This document shows, piece by piece, positions 1 to 8,637 of a DNA stretch of 58,332 bases. Both the position numbers and the translations under genes were made by a program. The stretch comes from Bacteroidia bacterium (lineage in GTDB: Bacteria; Bacteroidota; Bacteroidia; NS11-12g; UBA9320): contig JADHMR010000004.1 in the NCBI GenBank assembly GCA_016779945.1, positions 1 to 58,332 on the forward strand, written 5' to 3'. The number at the start of each line of letters is the position of its first letter. Position 1 is the first letter of the stretch. Below the pieces are notes generated by a model that ran no database searches, was not told where the DNA came from, and saw only the letters and a list, made by a program, of their open reading frames with translations.

Positions 1-432
1 GTACTCCCGTATTGCTCGTAAACGAATAGCTGATCCTGCAGAAATCATCCCTCCAAGAAACCGATTCTTATTTAATAAATCCAGTGTAATGCAAGTTCCA
101 ATATCTATAATCAACCATGATGAATTAGCATCCATATAGTAAGCTCCAACTGCAGCTGCTATTCTATCTGGACCCAATGTTTCAGGTGTATCATAAACTA
201 ATTCAAGTGGGATTGGGCTATCATGACTCAAGTAGTGCTCATTAGATAATAATCTTTCAAGTTCTAGGTTTAATCCAGTTTTGGACACGAGTACTTGTAC
301 ATTTTCATCATAAATATCGGAGAAATGTTGGTGCGTAAATGGCTTAATATATTCTGTCATTTGTCCGTCTATGAAAACCCCTGCTTTCGTAGAAGTATTT
401 CCTATGTCGATACAAAGATTTATTTTACCCAT
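1..432 (-). CDS. coaX: Type III pantothenate kinase, N-terminal 144 codons (gene continues past the left edge)
   Basis: Absent from the ORF track because it runs off the edge. Manual reverse translation from ATG at 432 gives MGKINLCIDIGNTSTKAGVF...TLGPDRIAAAVGAY...IIDIGTCITLD...GGMISAG. These are the DxGNT, TLGxDR and DxGT motifs of ASKHA-fold CoaX. Confidence 0.8.
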   Translation of the reverse strand, partial: MGKINLCIDIGNTSTKAGVFIDGQMTEYIKPFTHQHFSDIYDENVQVLVSKTGLNLELERLLSNEHYLSHDSPIPLELVYDTPETLGPDRIAAAVGAYYMDANSSWLIIDIGTCITLDLLNKNRFLGGMISAGSAIRLRAIREY

Positions 433-1139
433 TTGACTTTGTGATGCTCTAATTCAAGTTTTTCTCCCATTGCACCAACTTGCAGATTACCATTTAAGCA
501 AATTTGATTCACAATATATGACTGCTTTTTTCCATCTTCATTAAAAGTGACCATGTCTCCCTTCTTATACAAATATTCATTTATTGATTCATTCAACGTT
601 AAACCTTTTTTGGTTATGTGTAAATAAAAGTAGTTGTAAAGAACTTGTAGAAACTCAATTACACTGACTTTAAAACCCAATTCATTCACAACTGAAGTAG
701 CCTCAAAATTATTAAATTGCTTTTGATTGATATTAATACCAATACCAACAACAGCCGTTTTTACTTCCTGTTGTGAAACAATATTTTCGATTAAAATACC
801 CGCAATCTTTTTAGAACTAACGTAAATATCATTTGGCCATTTCAAACGGATATTATCAACCTTAAATTCTTTCAATGTGTCTATGATAGCCAGTGCTGCA
901 GCATTATTTAGTTGAGGTAAATTTGATAAATGTCCAAAATCATCCACCAAAAAACTAGTTAAAATATTATCAAAGGGTTGGCTTTCCCACGAGTGAGATC
1001 GTTGACCACGTCCAGCAGTCTGGTTACCCGCATACACACAATAAGGAGATGACACCCCTCTATTTTGCACACTATTTTTTAAATATGAATTTGTAGAATC
1101 TACCTCATTCACAAATTCAATGTTATAATTATTCAACAC
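420..1139 (-). CDS. birA: Biotin--[acetyl-CoA-carboxylase] ligase, group I (no N-terminal HTH)
   Basis: 239 aa. Carries the GRGQRSHSWES biotinyl-AMP loop and the KWPNDIY motif. The first codon is GTG. The 3' end overlaps the coaX start by 13 nt. Confidence 0.85.
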   Translation of the reverse strand: MLNNYNIEFVNEVDSTNSYLKNSVQNRGVSSPYCVYAGNQTAGRGQRSHSWESQPFDNILTSFLVDDFGHLSNLPQLNNAAALAIIDTLKEFKVDNIRLKWPNDIYVSSKKIAGILIENIVSQQEVKTAVVGIGININQKQFNNFEATSVVNELGFKVSVIEFLQVLYNYFYLHITKKGLTLNESINEYLYKKGDMVTFNEDGKKQSYIVNQICLNGNLQVGAMGEKLELEHHKVKWVK

Positions 1140-1173
1140 GCTAGTTTTTCAAGTATTAAAACTAATTTCGCAA

Positions 1174-1181
1174 CAAATTTA
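1174..1181 (-). promoter_or_regulatory. Bacteroidota -7 promoter box TAAATTTG (TAnnTTTG) upstream of birA-coaX
   Basis: Exact match to TAnnTTTG on the minus strand, 34 nt upstream of the birA start. Confidence 0.4.
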
Positions 1182-1190
1182 TTTCAATTA

Positions 1191-1562
1191 ATGGCAAAAA
1201 AGAGTTCAGTAACCGATGTACTTGCAGAAGTGGTAGTAAAAGGAATGCAGGAAAAGAAGGCAAAAAACATTATCAAAATTGATCTCACAAAAATTAATGA
1301 AGCAGCGGCAGACTTCTTTATTATATGCCATGGTGATAGCGATCGACAAGTAAAAGCAATTGCCGATAGTATTGAAGATGAGACCCTCAAAGCAATGCAA
1401 GAAAAACCACATAGTCGAGAAGGTCAGGCTGAAAATCGATGGGTACTACTTGATTATTTGGATGTTGTCGTTCATGTGTTCCAAAAAGATGTCAGAGATT
1501 TCTATGAGATTGAAGACATATGGCACGATGGCGTTATGACCAACTACGAAGATTTAGCCTAA
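1191..1562 (+). CDS. rsfS: Ribosome silencing factor RsfS (iojap family)
   Basis: 123 aa. Typical RsfS size and pattern (DFFIICHGDSDRQVKAIADSI, WVLLDYLDVVVHVF). Confidence 0.85.
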   Translation: MAKKSSVTDVLAEVVVKGMQEKKAKNIIKIDLTKINEAAADFFIICHGDSDRQVKAIADSIEDETLKAMQEKPHSREGQAENRWVLLDYLDVVVHVFQKDVRDFYEIEDIWHDGVMTNYEDLA

Positions 1563-1569
1563 AACATTT

Positions 1570-1950
1570 TTACAAACTAAGTTTTAACGCATTGCCAAAA
1601 TAGGGCGGATCAGCAATAATGCTGTGTCTAATTTTTAAATTGCTCAAATGTGTAATTAATTTTTTCTTTAATACACCCTCCCCTTTCCCATAAATTACGT
1701 AAACAAACCTCACACTGTTCTTTTTGGAAGATTCAATAAATTCATTAACGGCTTCAAGTTGTAAATTCAATTTTTCATTGGATGTGAGAAATGATTTTGT
1801 TGGATACAACTTATCGAAATGTAAATCGAGCTCGATATTTTTCTTACTTTTATTATGTTGTAAGTTGTTATCCTGAAATGAGTTTGCAGAAAACTCCCCC
1901 ATCATCATTCGCTTCAATAAATTAGGATCTATAGGCTTGTCATCACTCAT
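1570..1950 (-). CDS. Smr domain protein
   Basis: 126 aa. C-terminal Smr-like pattern (ELDLHFDKL ... VYVIYGKGEGVLKKKL). Confidence 0.7.
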   Translation of the reverse strand: MSDDKPIDPNLLKRMMMGEFSANSFQDNNLQHNKSKKNIELDLHFDKLYPTKSFLTSNEKLNLQLEAVNEFIESSKKNSVRFVYVIYGKGEGVLKKKLITHLSNLKIRHSIIADPPYFGNALKLSL

Positions 1951-1954
1951 ACTG

Positions 1955-1962
1955 CAAATTTA
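1955..1962 (-). promoter_or_regulatory. -7 box TAAATTTG only 4 nt from the Smr-protein ATG (leaderless geometry)
   Basis: Exact TAnnTTTG on the minus strand. Context reads TAAATTTGCAGT-ATG. Confidence 0.45.
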
Positions 1963-2025
1963 AGGCAGATTAAAATACATCATAATCAGAACCAAAAACT
2001 AGCGATAATATTGATAATATCCGAT

Positions 2026-2033
2026 TAGATTTG
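2026..2033 (+). promoter_or_regulatory. -7 box TAGATTTG upstream of proS
   Basis: Exact TAnnTTTG, 28 nt upstream of the proS ATG. Confidence 0.4.
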
Positions 2034-2061
2034 CAAACTAGATCAGGATATTTGAACAATC

Positions 2062-3540
2062 ATGGCATTCGAGAAAATAACAAGAGCTCAAGACTATTCC
2101 AAGTGGTATAATAATCTCGTAGAAAACGCGGACCTAGCCCAACACAGTAGTGTTAGGGGATGTATGGTTATTAAACCATATGGTTATGCAATATGGGAAA
2201 AAATGCAAGCTGAATTGGATCGAAGATTCAAAGAAACAGGTCATCAAAATGCCTATTTCCCATTATTTGTTCCCAAAAGTTTATTCGAAGCAGAGGAAAA
2301 AAATGCTGAGGGTTTTGCAAAAGAATGTGCTGTTGTAACCCACTATCGTCTAGAAAATGACCCTGATAATTCGGGAAAACTTCGAGTAGATCCTAATGCA
2401 AAACTTGAAGAAGAACTTGTAGTGAGGCCTACCAGTGAGGCCATTATATGGAATACCTATAAAGGTTGGATTCAAAGCTATCGCGATCTGCCTCTCCTTG
2501 TAAATCAGTGGGCAAATGTTGTAAGATGGGAAATGAGAACACGACTTTTTTTAAGAACTGCTGAGTTTTTATGGCAAGAAGGACACACTGCTCATGCCAC
2601 CAAACAGGAAGCCGTGGAAGAAACCAACCAAATGATTCGAGTGTATTCAGAATTCGCAAAAAATGTATTGGCCATTCCAACCATAATGGGCACAAAAACA
2701 GAAAGTGAACGATTTGCTGGAGCTGATGATACACTTTGTATTGAAGGTTTAATGCAAGATGGCAAAGCTCTTCAAATGGGAACATCCCATTTCCTTGGAC
2801 AAAACTTTGCAAAAGCATTTGATGTTAAATACACCAACAAGGAAGGGAAATTAGACTATGTTTGGGCTACCAGTTGGGGAGTAAGTACAAGATTGATGGG
2901 AGCTTTAATCATGTCGCATAGTGATGACGAAGGACTCGTTTTACCTCCGAGTATTGCACCTATACAGGTAGTTGTTGTGCCTATATATCGTGGATTGGAA
3001 CAACTAGAATTAATATCTGAAACTATTCAACCAATAATCGATAGTCTAAAGAAAAAAGGGATAACAGTCAAATTTGACAATCGAGATACTCACAAACCTG
3101 GATTCAAATTTGCAGAGTGGGAACTTAAAGGAGTTCCAATTCGAATTGCAATTGGACCACGTGACATAGAAAATGGTACTGTTGAAGTAGCCAGAAGGGA
3201 TACCAAAGAAAAACAAGTCTTGGCGATTACAGATATTGACACGAAGGTTGAACACTTGCTTGAAGCAATGCAAGAAGAAATTTATCTAAATGCACTCAAC
3301 TTTAGAGATAATCATATCACACCAGTCAATACTTGGGATGAATTTATAGATGTCCTTGAAAATAAATCTGGATTTATATCTGCTCATTGGGATGGTACTG
3401 CAGAAACAGAAGATAAAATCAAAGAAATGACCAAAGCTACCATTCGTTGCATACCATTTGACAATCCTAAAGAAGAGGGTGCATGTATACTTACTGGCAA
3501 TCCTAGCAACCAAAGGGTATTATTTGCTAAAGCTTATTAA
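2062..3540 (+). CDS. proS: Proline--tRNA ligase (archaeal/eukaryote-like type, common in Bacteroidota)
   Basis: 492 aa. Class II aaRS core ([26 protein letters not shown]), anticodon-binding domain, and C-terminal extension ending FAKAY. Confidence 0.95.
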   Translation: MAFEKITRAQDYSKWYNNLVENADLAQHSSVRGCMVIKPYGYAIWEKMQAELDRRFKETGHQNAYFPLFVPKSLFEAEEKNAEGFAKECAVVTHYRLENDPDNSGKLRVDPNAKLEEELVVRPTSEAIIWNTYKGWIQSYRDLPLLVNQWANVVRWEMRTRLFLRTAEFLWQEGHTAHATKQEAVEETNQMIRVYSEFAKNVLAIPTIMGTKTESERFAGADDTLCIEGLMQDGKALQMGTSHFLGQNFAKAFDVKYTNKEGKLDYVWATSWGVSTRLMGALIMSHSDDEGLVLPPSIAPIQVVVVPIYRGLEQLELISETIQPIIDSLKKKGITVKFDNRDTHKPGFKFAEWELKGVPIRIAIGPRDIENGTVEVARRDTKEKQVLAITDIDTKVEHLLEAMQEEIYLNALNFRDNHITPVNTWDEFIDVLENKSGFISAHWDGTAETEDKIKEMTKATIRCIPFDNPKEEGACILTGNPSNQRVLFAKAY

Positions 3541-3542
3541 TT

Positions 3543-4208
3543 TTAATCTTTCCAGATATAATTAAATAACGTTACAGATAAAACGAGCTGAATTAACAGC
3601 AATAAAACCAAGACTAACCAATCCTGATAAAAATCAGAATTTGGAAGAGATACCAAAAACTTACTTGCTGCTTTTAGACAAACCAAAAGGCTAGGTATTA
3701 GTAAAGGCATACTTAGCACTAAAGATACCATACTACTATTCTTAGCCCCATAAGAAAGTGCAGAATTGAATGTAAATACAGTACTGCAACATAACATAAA
3801 TAGAAATGCAGTGAAAAAATAGGGTATTATATGAGGTATTGATTGTGGCAACCAAAAATTCATTAACACAAATAGAATGACAAGGAACAAAGCGTTGACA
3901 AAGTATTGATATAAAATCTTTGATATTATGAGTGCTTTTGCTTCTACCAAAAAACGATAATACAATAGTGTCCCTTTTTGCTCTGCCAAAAAACTACGCG
4001 TAATATTTTGAACTACTCCTAAAATTAAAATAACATAAAACAGACTATGCCAAACTTGGTTACTGGCCTGTTTTTGAATTGTATAGATAATAAAGACAGA
4101 AATCACTAGCATAAGAAGCAAAGACCAAAAAGCATACTTGTTTTTAAACTCAACGCGAAGCTCCTTTAGAAAAAGTTGTTTTATCTGCTTAGTTATTTGT
4201 GTTTGCAT
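3543..4208 (-). CDS. CcmB-like haem exporter permease family protein
   Basis: Polytopic membrane protein. The N-terminus LFLKELRVEFKNKYAFW and the segment LVLSMPLLIPSLLV resemble E. coli CcmB (recalled from memory). Start taken as ATG 4208 (MQTQITKQ) rather than the track start at 4232. Confidence 0.6.
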   Translation of the reverse strand: MQTQITKQIKQLFLKELRVEFKNKYAFWSLLLMLVISVFIIYTIQKQASNQVWHSLFYVILILGVVQNITRSFLAEQKGTLLYYRFLVEAKALIISKILYQYFVNALFLVILFVLMNFWLPQSIPHIIPYFFTAFLFMLCCSTVFTFNSALSYGAKNSSMVSLVLSMPLLIPSLLVCLKAASKFLVSLPNSDFYQDWLVLVLLLLIQLVLSVTLFNYIWKD

Positions 4209-4235
4209 AAATTTGCTGCAGCAAAAGTACATTTA

Positions 4236-4694
4236 ATGTTATATCAATTACAGAAGTTATCATCAGAAGAACAAACGAGTGTTAAACGATCACCCATTTG
4301 GGTAACTCTTCTTGTAGCATGTGCAGACTTTGACATCCAAGAAAAAGAGATCGACAGAGCTAAGGAAATTATTCATATTAGATCTTATGCTCTTCAGAGC
4401 GATTTAAAGAATCTTTACGAAGAATTAGACGCAGATATTGAACAAGAGATCGATCAGGCACTTGCTGCAATTCCAGCAGGAGGTAAAGATCGAATACAAT
4501 ATTTGGAAGAAAAAATAAGTGAACTTAATTCCATTTTTTCAAAACTTGATTCTACCTTTTACAAGCAACTATACACTAGTTTAAAGAGTCTAGCTGTTGC
4601 AGTTGCCCAATCCGATGGTGGGCTTTTTGGTATAGGACGAATAAGTGATGAAGAAGAACGATATATAAGTTTGCCCATGCTAAAAAAACCGTGA
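4236..4694 (+). CDS. Hypothetical helical protein (TerB-like repeat suspected)
   Basis: The only ATG in the ORF is at 4236 (MLYQLQKL...). Two similar segments (VTLLVACADFDIQEKEIDRAKEI and LAVAVAQSDGGLFGIGRISDEEERYI). The stop overlaps the GTG start of accC (GTGA). Confidence 0.5.
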   Translation: MLYQLQKLSSEEQTSVKRSPIWVTLLVACADFDIQEKEIDRAKEIIHIRSYALQSDLKNLYEELDADIEQEIDQALAAIPAGGKDRIQYLEEKISELNSIFSKLDSTFYKQLYTSLKSLAVAVAQSDGGLFGIGRISDEEERYISLPMLKKP

Positions 4695-6157
4695 AAAAAA
4701 TACTGATAGCTAATCGTGGTGAAATTGCCGTAAGAGTAATCAAAACTTGCCGAGAAATGGGCATATCTAGTGTTGCCATATACTCTGAAGCGGATCGAGA
4801 TTCAAAACACGTACAACTAGCTGATGAAGCAGTATGTATAGGTCCTGCACCTTCATCTGAAAGCTATCTCAAAGGGGACCAAATTATTTCTATCTGTCAG
4901 GAATTGAATGTTGATGGCATTCATCCAGGGTATGGCTTTTTATCTGAAAATGCAGCTTTTGTCAAAGCGGTCAATCAAGCTGGTATTCAGTTTATAGGAC
5001 CAAGTCCAGAGGCAATTGATCTCATGGGAAGCAAAATTGCAAGTAAACAAGCCGTAGAAAAATACGGCGTTCCTCTTGTCCCAGGTATCAACCACGCAGT
5101 AGAAGACGTCAAAGAAGCTCAATCATTAGCCAATGAAATTGGTTACCCCGTTCTAGTAAAGGCCAGTGCTGGAGGTGGTGGTAAAGGCATGCGTATCGTT
5201 GAAAAAGCTGCTGACCTTGAAGGTCAAATGAAAACTGCCCAAAGTGAAGCTCAAAGTGCCTTTGGAGATCGATCCGTTTTTATTGAAAAATTTGTTACTA
5301 AACCTCGGCATATAGAAATACAACTTCTGGCTGACAACCATGGAAATGTAGTATACCTCATGGAGCGAGAATGTTCCATCCAAAGAAGGCACCAAAAACT
5401 AATTGAGGAAGCACCAAGTGCTGTACTTTCTGATTATCTAAGAGAGCAAATGGGTCAAGCTGCAGTCAACGTCGCCAAAGCGTGTAATTATAGCGGAGCA
5501 GGAACAGTAGAATTCCTTTTGGATGCTGACCACAATTTTTATTTCTTAGAAATGAATACTAGACTACAAGTTGAACACCCTGTAACCGAACTAATTACAG
5601 GACTTGACTTAGTGCAGCAACAGATAAACGTAGCTAGAAATCAAAAACTTTCGTTTACACAAGAAGATATAATTCCCAATGGTCATGCCATTGAATTAAG
5701 ACTCACTGCAGAAGAAACAACTCAAGATTTCCTCCCAGCGATTGGAACCATAGAAACATACAACCCTCCCCAAGCTGAATATATTCGACTTGACGATTTT
5801 GTATATCCTGGTTATAAAATTCCAATCTATTATGATAATATGTTTGCTAAATTGATTGTTTGGGGAGAAAATAGGTCTCAGGCAATTCAACGTATGATCG
5901 AAGCAATAAATCAATTTGAAATCAAAGGGATTCCTACCACGCTAGATTTTGGCCGATTTGTCATGCAACACCCAAAGTTTATAGAAGGTGACTTCGATAC
6001 TAATTTTATCAGCTCTTACTATACTAAAGAGGGTATTAAGAAGCAAGATCAATCTCTTTTAGAAGCTGCTGCCATCTTCACATACCTAGAATTTAACGAG
6101 CACAAAACACCCACCATTGCGAGTCATAATTCCAACTGGAAAAATAGAAAGAAATAA
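4691..6157 (+). CDS. accC: Biotin carboxylase subunit (acetyl/acyl-CoA carboxylase)
   Basis: 488 aa. Begins KKILIANRGEIAVRVIKTCREMGI. ATP-grasp glycine loop KASAGGGGKGMRIV, plus ECSIQRRHQKLIEE and MNTRLQVEHPVTE. GTG start. Confidence 0.9.
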   Translation: MKKILIANRGEIAVRVIKTCREMGISSVAIYSEADRDSKHVQLADEAVCIGPAPSSESYLKGDQIISICQELNVDGIHPGYGFLSENAAFVKAVNQAGIQFIGPSPEAIDLMGSKIASKQAVEKYGVPLVPGINHAVEDVKEAQSLANEIGYPVLVKASAGGGGKGMRIVEKAADLEGQMKTAQSEAQSAFGDRSVFIEKFVTKPRHIEIQLLADNHGNVVYLMERECSIQRRHQKLIEEAPSAVLSDYLREQMGQAAVNVAKACNYSGAGTVEFLLDADHNFYFLEMNTRLQVEHPVTELITGLDLVQQQINVARNQKLSFTQEDIIPNGHAIELRLTAEETTQDFLPAIGTIETYNPPQAEYIRLDDFVYPGYKIPIYYDNMFAKLIVWGENRSQAIQRMIEAINQFEIKGIPTTLDFGRFVMQHPKFIEGDFDTNFISSYYTKEGIKKQDQSLLEAAAIFTYLEFNEHKTPTIASHNSNWKNRKK

Positions 6158-6210
6158 CCTTATTTTTAGGAGCACACATCAAGGTTAAAACCTTTATAAT
6201 CATCTTGAAT

Positions 6211-6218
6211 TACCTTTG
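6211..6218 (+). promoter_or_regulatory. -7 box TACCTTTG upstream of the DEAD-box helicase
   Basis: Exact TAnnTTTG. It overlaps the TTG start used in the ORF track, which argues for ATG 6231 as the true start. Confidence 0.45.
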
Positions 6219-6230
6219 TATTCATTCAAC

Positions 6231-7568
6231 ATGAATTCATTTCAAGAACTGTCCATACAAAAATCACTTCTGAATGCAATAGCAGATCTTGATTTTATCA
6301 AGCCTACTCCTATTCAAAGGGAAGCATACCCAAAGATTCTGTCGGGCAACAATGTTGTTGGAATTGCTCAAACTGGAACAGGGAAGACACTGGCATACAG
6401 CCTTCCTATACTTCAAGAATTAAACTATTCTAAAAGTTACAAACCACGGGTATTAATAATTGTACCTACTCGAGAATTAGTAGTTCAAGTTGTAGATCAA
6501 ATCGAATTATATACAAAATATATGACTGTCCGTATAGCAGGAGTTTTCGGAGGTGTTAATATCAAAACACAGCAAGCTCTTTTATCGGAAGGTACAGACA
6601 TCATCGTTGGCACTCCAGGAAGATTGTATGATTTAATTTTAAATCGTTCGTTACAAACCCAGGATATTAAAAAACTAGTCATTGACGAGGTGGATATTAT
6701 GCTTGATTTGGGGTTTAGATTTCAACTCAATAATATTTTTGAATTACTCCCTGAAAAACGTCAAAATATTATGTTCTCTGCAACGATGACTGACGATGTT
6801 CAATTTCTGATACAAGATAACTTTATAAATCCTCAAACTATTACTGTTTCAGTTAGTGGTACTCCGTTAGATAATATATCTCAAACTTGCTATGCCGTTC
6901 CAAACTTTTACACTAAAGTTAATCTTCTTGATTACTTACTCAAGGATAAAGCTACTTTCCAAAAAGTAGTAGTATTTATTGACTCCAAAAAGAATGCAGA
7001 TCGTCTATTCTTAGAATTGGAGGCCAACTATTGGAAAGAGCTTGGAATTATTCACAGTAATAAAAGCCAAAATAATCGTCTTGCTACAATTGAACGCTTT
7101 AACGATGGTCAAACGAGAATTCTAATTGCATCCGATATTATTGCTCGTGGACTTGACTTGGATGATATTTCACATGTAATAAACTTCGATACTCCTAAAT
7201 TCCCAGAAAATTACATCCACAGAATTGGTCGGACAGGAAGAGCTAAGAAAATGGGTAATTCAATCCTTTTATTCACTAATGATGAAGAAAAAAACAAATT
7301 AGCCATTGAAAAACTAATGGATAAAATCATTGATTCTAAAAAATTACCTAATGAAGTTGTAATTAGTAAGAAACTAATACTTGACGAGCAACCCAAGGTC
7401 GTAGAAAAAAATCCCCACAAAAAATCAAAACAACCCAGTGGCCCTAGTTTTCACGAAAAAAAAGATAAAAATAAAAAACAATATAATTTGGGTGGAGGAC
7501 AAAAAATTAAACTCAAAAAAGCTAAAAAATATAAAAAACCAATCACAAAAAAGTTCAAAAGAAAATAA
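6231..7568 (+). CDS. DEAD-box ATP-dependent RNA helicase with lysine-rich C-terminal tail
   Basis: Q-motif region (TPIQREA), Walker A AQTGTGKT, motif II DEVD, SAT, and HRIGRTGR. The last ~70 aa are K-rich. Confidence 0.9.
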   Translation: MNSFQELSIQKSLLNAIADLDFIKPTPIQREAYPKILSGNNVVGIAQTGTGKTLAYSLPILQELNYSKSYKPRVLIIVPTRELVVQVVDQIELYTKYMTVRIAGVFGGVNIKTQQALLSEGTDIIVGTPGRLYDLILNRSLQTQDIKKLVIDEVDIMLDLGFRFQLNNIFELLPEKRQNIMFSATMTDDVQFLIQDNFINPQTITVSVSGTPLDNISQTCYAVPNFYTKVNLLDYLLKDKATFQKVVVFIDSKKNADRLFLELEANYWKELGIIHSNKSQNNRLATIERFNDGQTRILIASDIIARGLDLDDISHVINFDTPKFPENYIHRIGRTGRAKKMGNSILLFTNDEEKNKLAIEKLMDKIIDSKKLPNEVVISKKLILDEQPKVVEKNPHKKSKQPSGPSFHEKKDKNKKQYNLGGGQKIKLKKAKKYKKPITKKFKRK

Positions 7569-7624
7569 TAATAAACAAAAGCATTAAATAATAGGTTACC
7601 TTCGAACTTTTAATAAACTATAAT

Positions 7625-7816
7625 ATGAATAAAGGAACAGTTAAATTCTTCAATGATGAGAAAGGCTACGGTTTTATCACACCAGAAGATGGAAGCAAAG
7701 ATGTATTTGTACACAAATCAGGTACAAACACACGAATCAATGAAGGAGATCAAGTATCGTATGAAATAGAAGATGGTCAAAAAGGACCTAGTGCTGTTAA
7801 TGTTAGCCACGCATAA
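7625..7816 (+). CDS. Cold-shock protein (CspA family)
   Basis: 63 aa. [15 protein letters not shown] (RNP1) and VFVH (RNP2). Confidence 0.95.
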   Translation: MNKGTVKFFNDEKGYGFITPEDGSKDVFVHKSGTNTRINEGDQVSYEIEDGQKGPSAVNVSHA

Positions 7817-7837
7817 GCATACTTTATAAACGAATCC

Positions 7838-7873
7838 AAAAGGTTGTCACTAGTTGTGACAACCTTTTTTTTT
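7838..7873 (+). terminator. Rho-independent terminator after csp
   Basis: Stem GGTTGTCAC (7842-7850) pairs with GTGACAACC (7856-7864) around a 5-nt loop, followed by a T9 run. Confidence 0.8.
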
Positions 7874-7905
7874 GAAAAAAAAACTACTATTGTGTAAACA
7901 ACTAA

Positions 7906-8157
7906 ATGAAGAGGAACGAACATCCTGAACAAATTCAACCAAATAATCCACTGCATGGAATAAAACTAAAAGATGTTCTGACTTACCTTGTTAAATTCTA
8001 TGGTTGGCAAAAACTTGGAGAATTAATTTCTATCAATTGTTTTACATCAAATCCGTCAATTAGTAGTAGTTTGAAATTTTTAAGAAAAACACCATGGGCT
8101 CGTGACAAGGTAGAAAAGTTGTATTTAGATTCTATCCCAAATTTCAAAAACAAATGA
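7906..8157 (+). CDS. DUF2132 / VF530-like small DNA-binding-fold protein
   Basis: 83 aa. [28 protein letters not shown] ... [19 protein letters not shown] matches my memory of this family. Confidence 0.6.
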   Translation: MKRNEHPEQIQPNNPLHGIKLKDVLTYLVKFYGWQKLGELISINCFTSNPSISSSLKFLRKTPWARDKVEKLYLDSIPNFKNK

Positions 8158-8630
8158 AAGCGTCCTCCATTTCACAGATAAAAAAAGAACTTAAATTTGC
8201 TTCAAAAGAAGAGCTAATTGAAATTGTCCTAAGAATTGGAAAATATAAGGTCGAAAATAAAGAGCTTTTGAGCTATCTGTTGTTTGATTCATCTGACGAA
8301 CAAGGATACATTGATAAGATTAAGGTATATATGGATTTTCAATTTGAGATTATCAATAGAGAAAACTATTATTTTATTAAAAAGAGTGTTCGAAAAATTT
8401 TACGTGTAACAAAACGATTTATTAAGTATTCAAAAAACATTGAAACTGAAACTACGTTGCTGATTCATTTTTGTAAAAATTTAGAAGAAATGGACCCCTC
8501 CTATAAGTACAATCAAGTTCTTTTAAATATGTATTTCAGACAGCTCAGTTTGATTGAAAAAAACTTAGAAAAAATGCACGAGGACTTAAGCTATGATTTC
8601 AGAAGAGAAGTAGACCTTTTAATAAAGTAA
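8154..8630 (+). CDS. Hypothetical protein, translationally coupled to the DUF2132 gene
   Basis: 158-aa ORF. ATGA overlap with the upstream stop. No recognisable motif. Confidence 0.55.
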   Translation: MKASSISQIKKELKFASKEELIEIVLRIGKYKVENKELLSYLLFDSSDEQGYIDKIKVYMDFQFEIINRENYYFIKKSVRKILRVTKRFIKYSKNIETETTLLIHFCKNLEEMDPSYKYNQVLLNMYFRQLSLIEKNLEKMHEDLSYDFRREVDLLIK

Positions 8631-8637
8631 GTTAAAA

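Noticed and set aside
1184-1412. Two 68-aa minus-strand ORFs overlapping rsfS.
   Set aside because: They are antisense shadows of a well-supported rsfS gene and have no independent support.
2444-2818. 124-aa minus-strand ORF inside proS, plus similar long antisense ORFs at 33549-33830, 35352-35681, 40228-40536, 44883-45209, 48529-48843, 52211-52534 and 54708-54992.
   Set aside because: Each lies wholly inside a strongly supported housekeeping gene on the opposite strand. Their compositions are skewed toward Ser, Leu and Phe, typical of shadow frames in A/T-rich DNA. None has a motif, signal or promoter box.
7400-7568. A-rich, repetitive-looking stretch that could be mistaken for a tandem repeat or spacer array.
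   Set aside because: It is in frame with the helicase and encodes its lysine-rich C-terminal tail (AAA/AAG codons). It has no direct-repeat/spacer periodicity.
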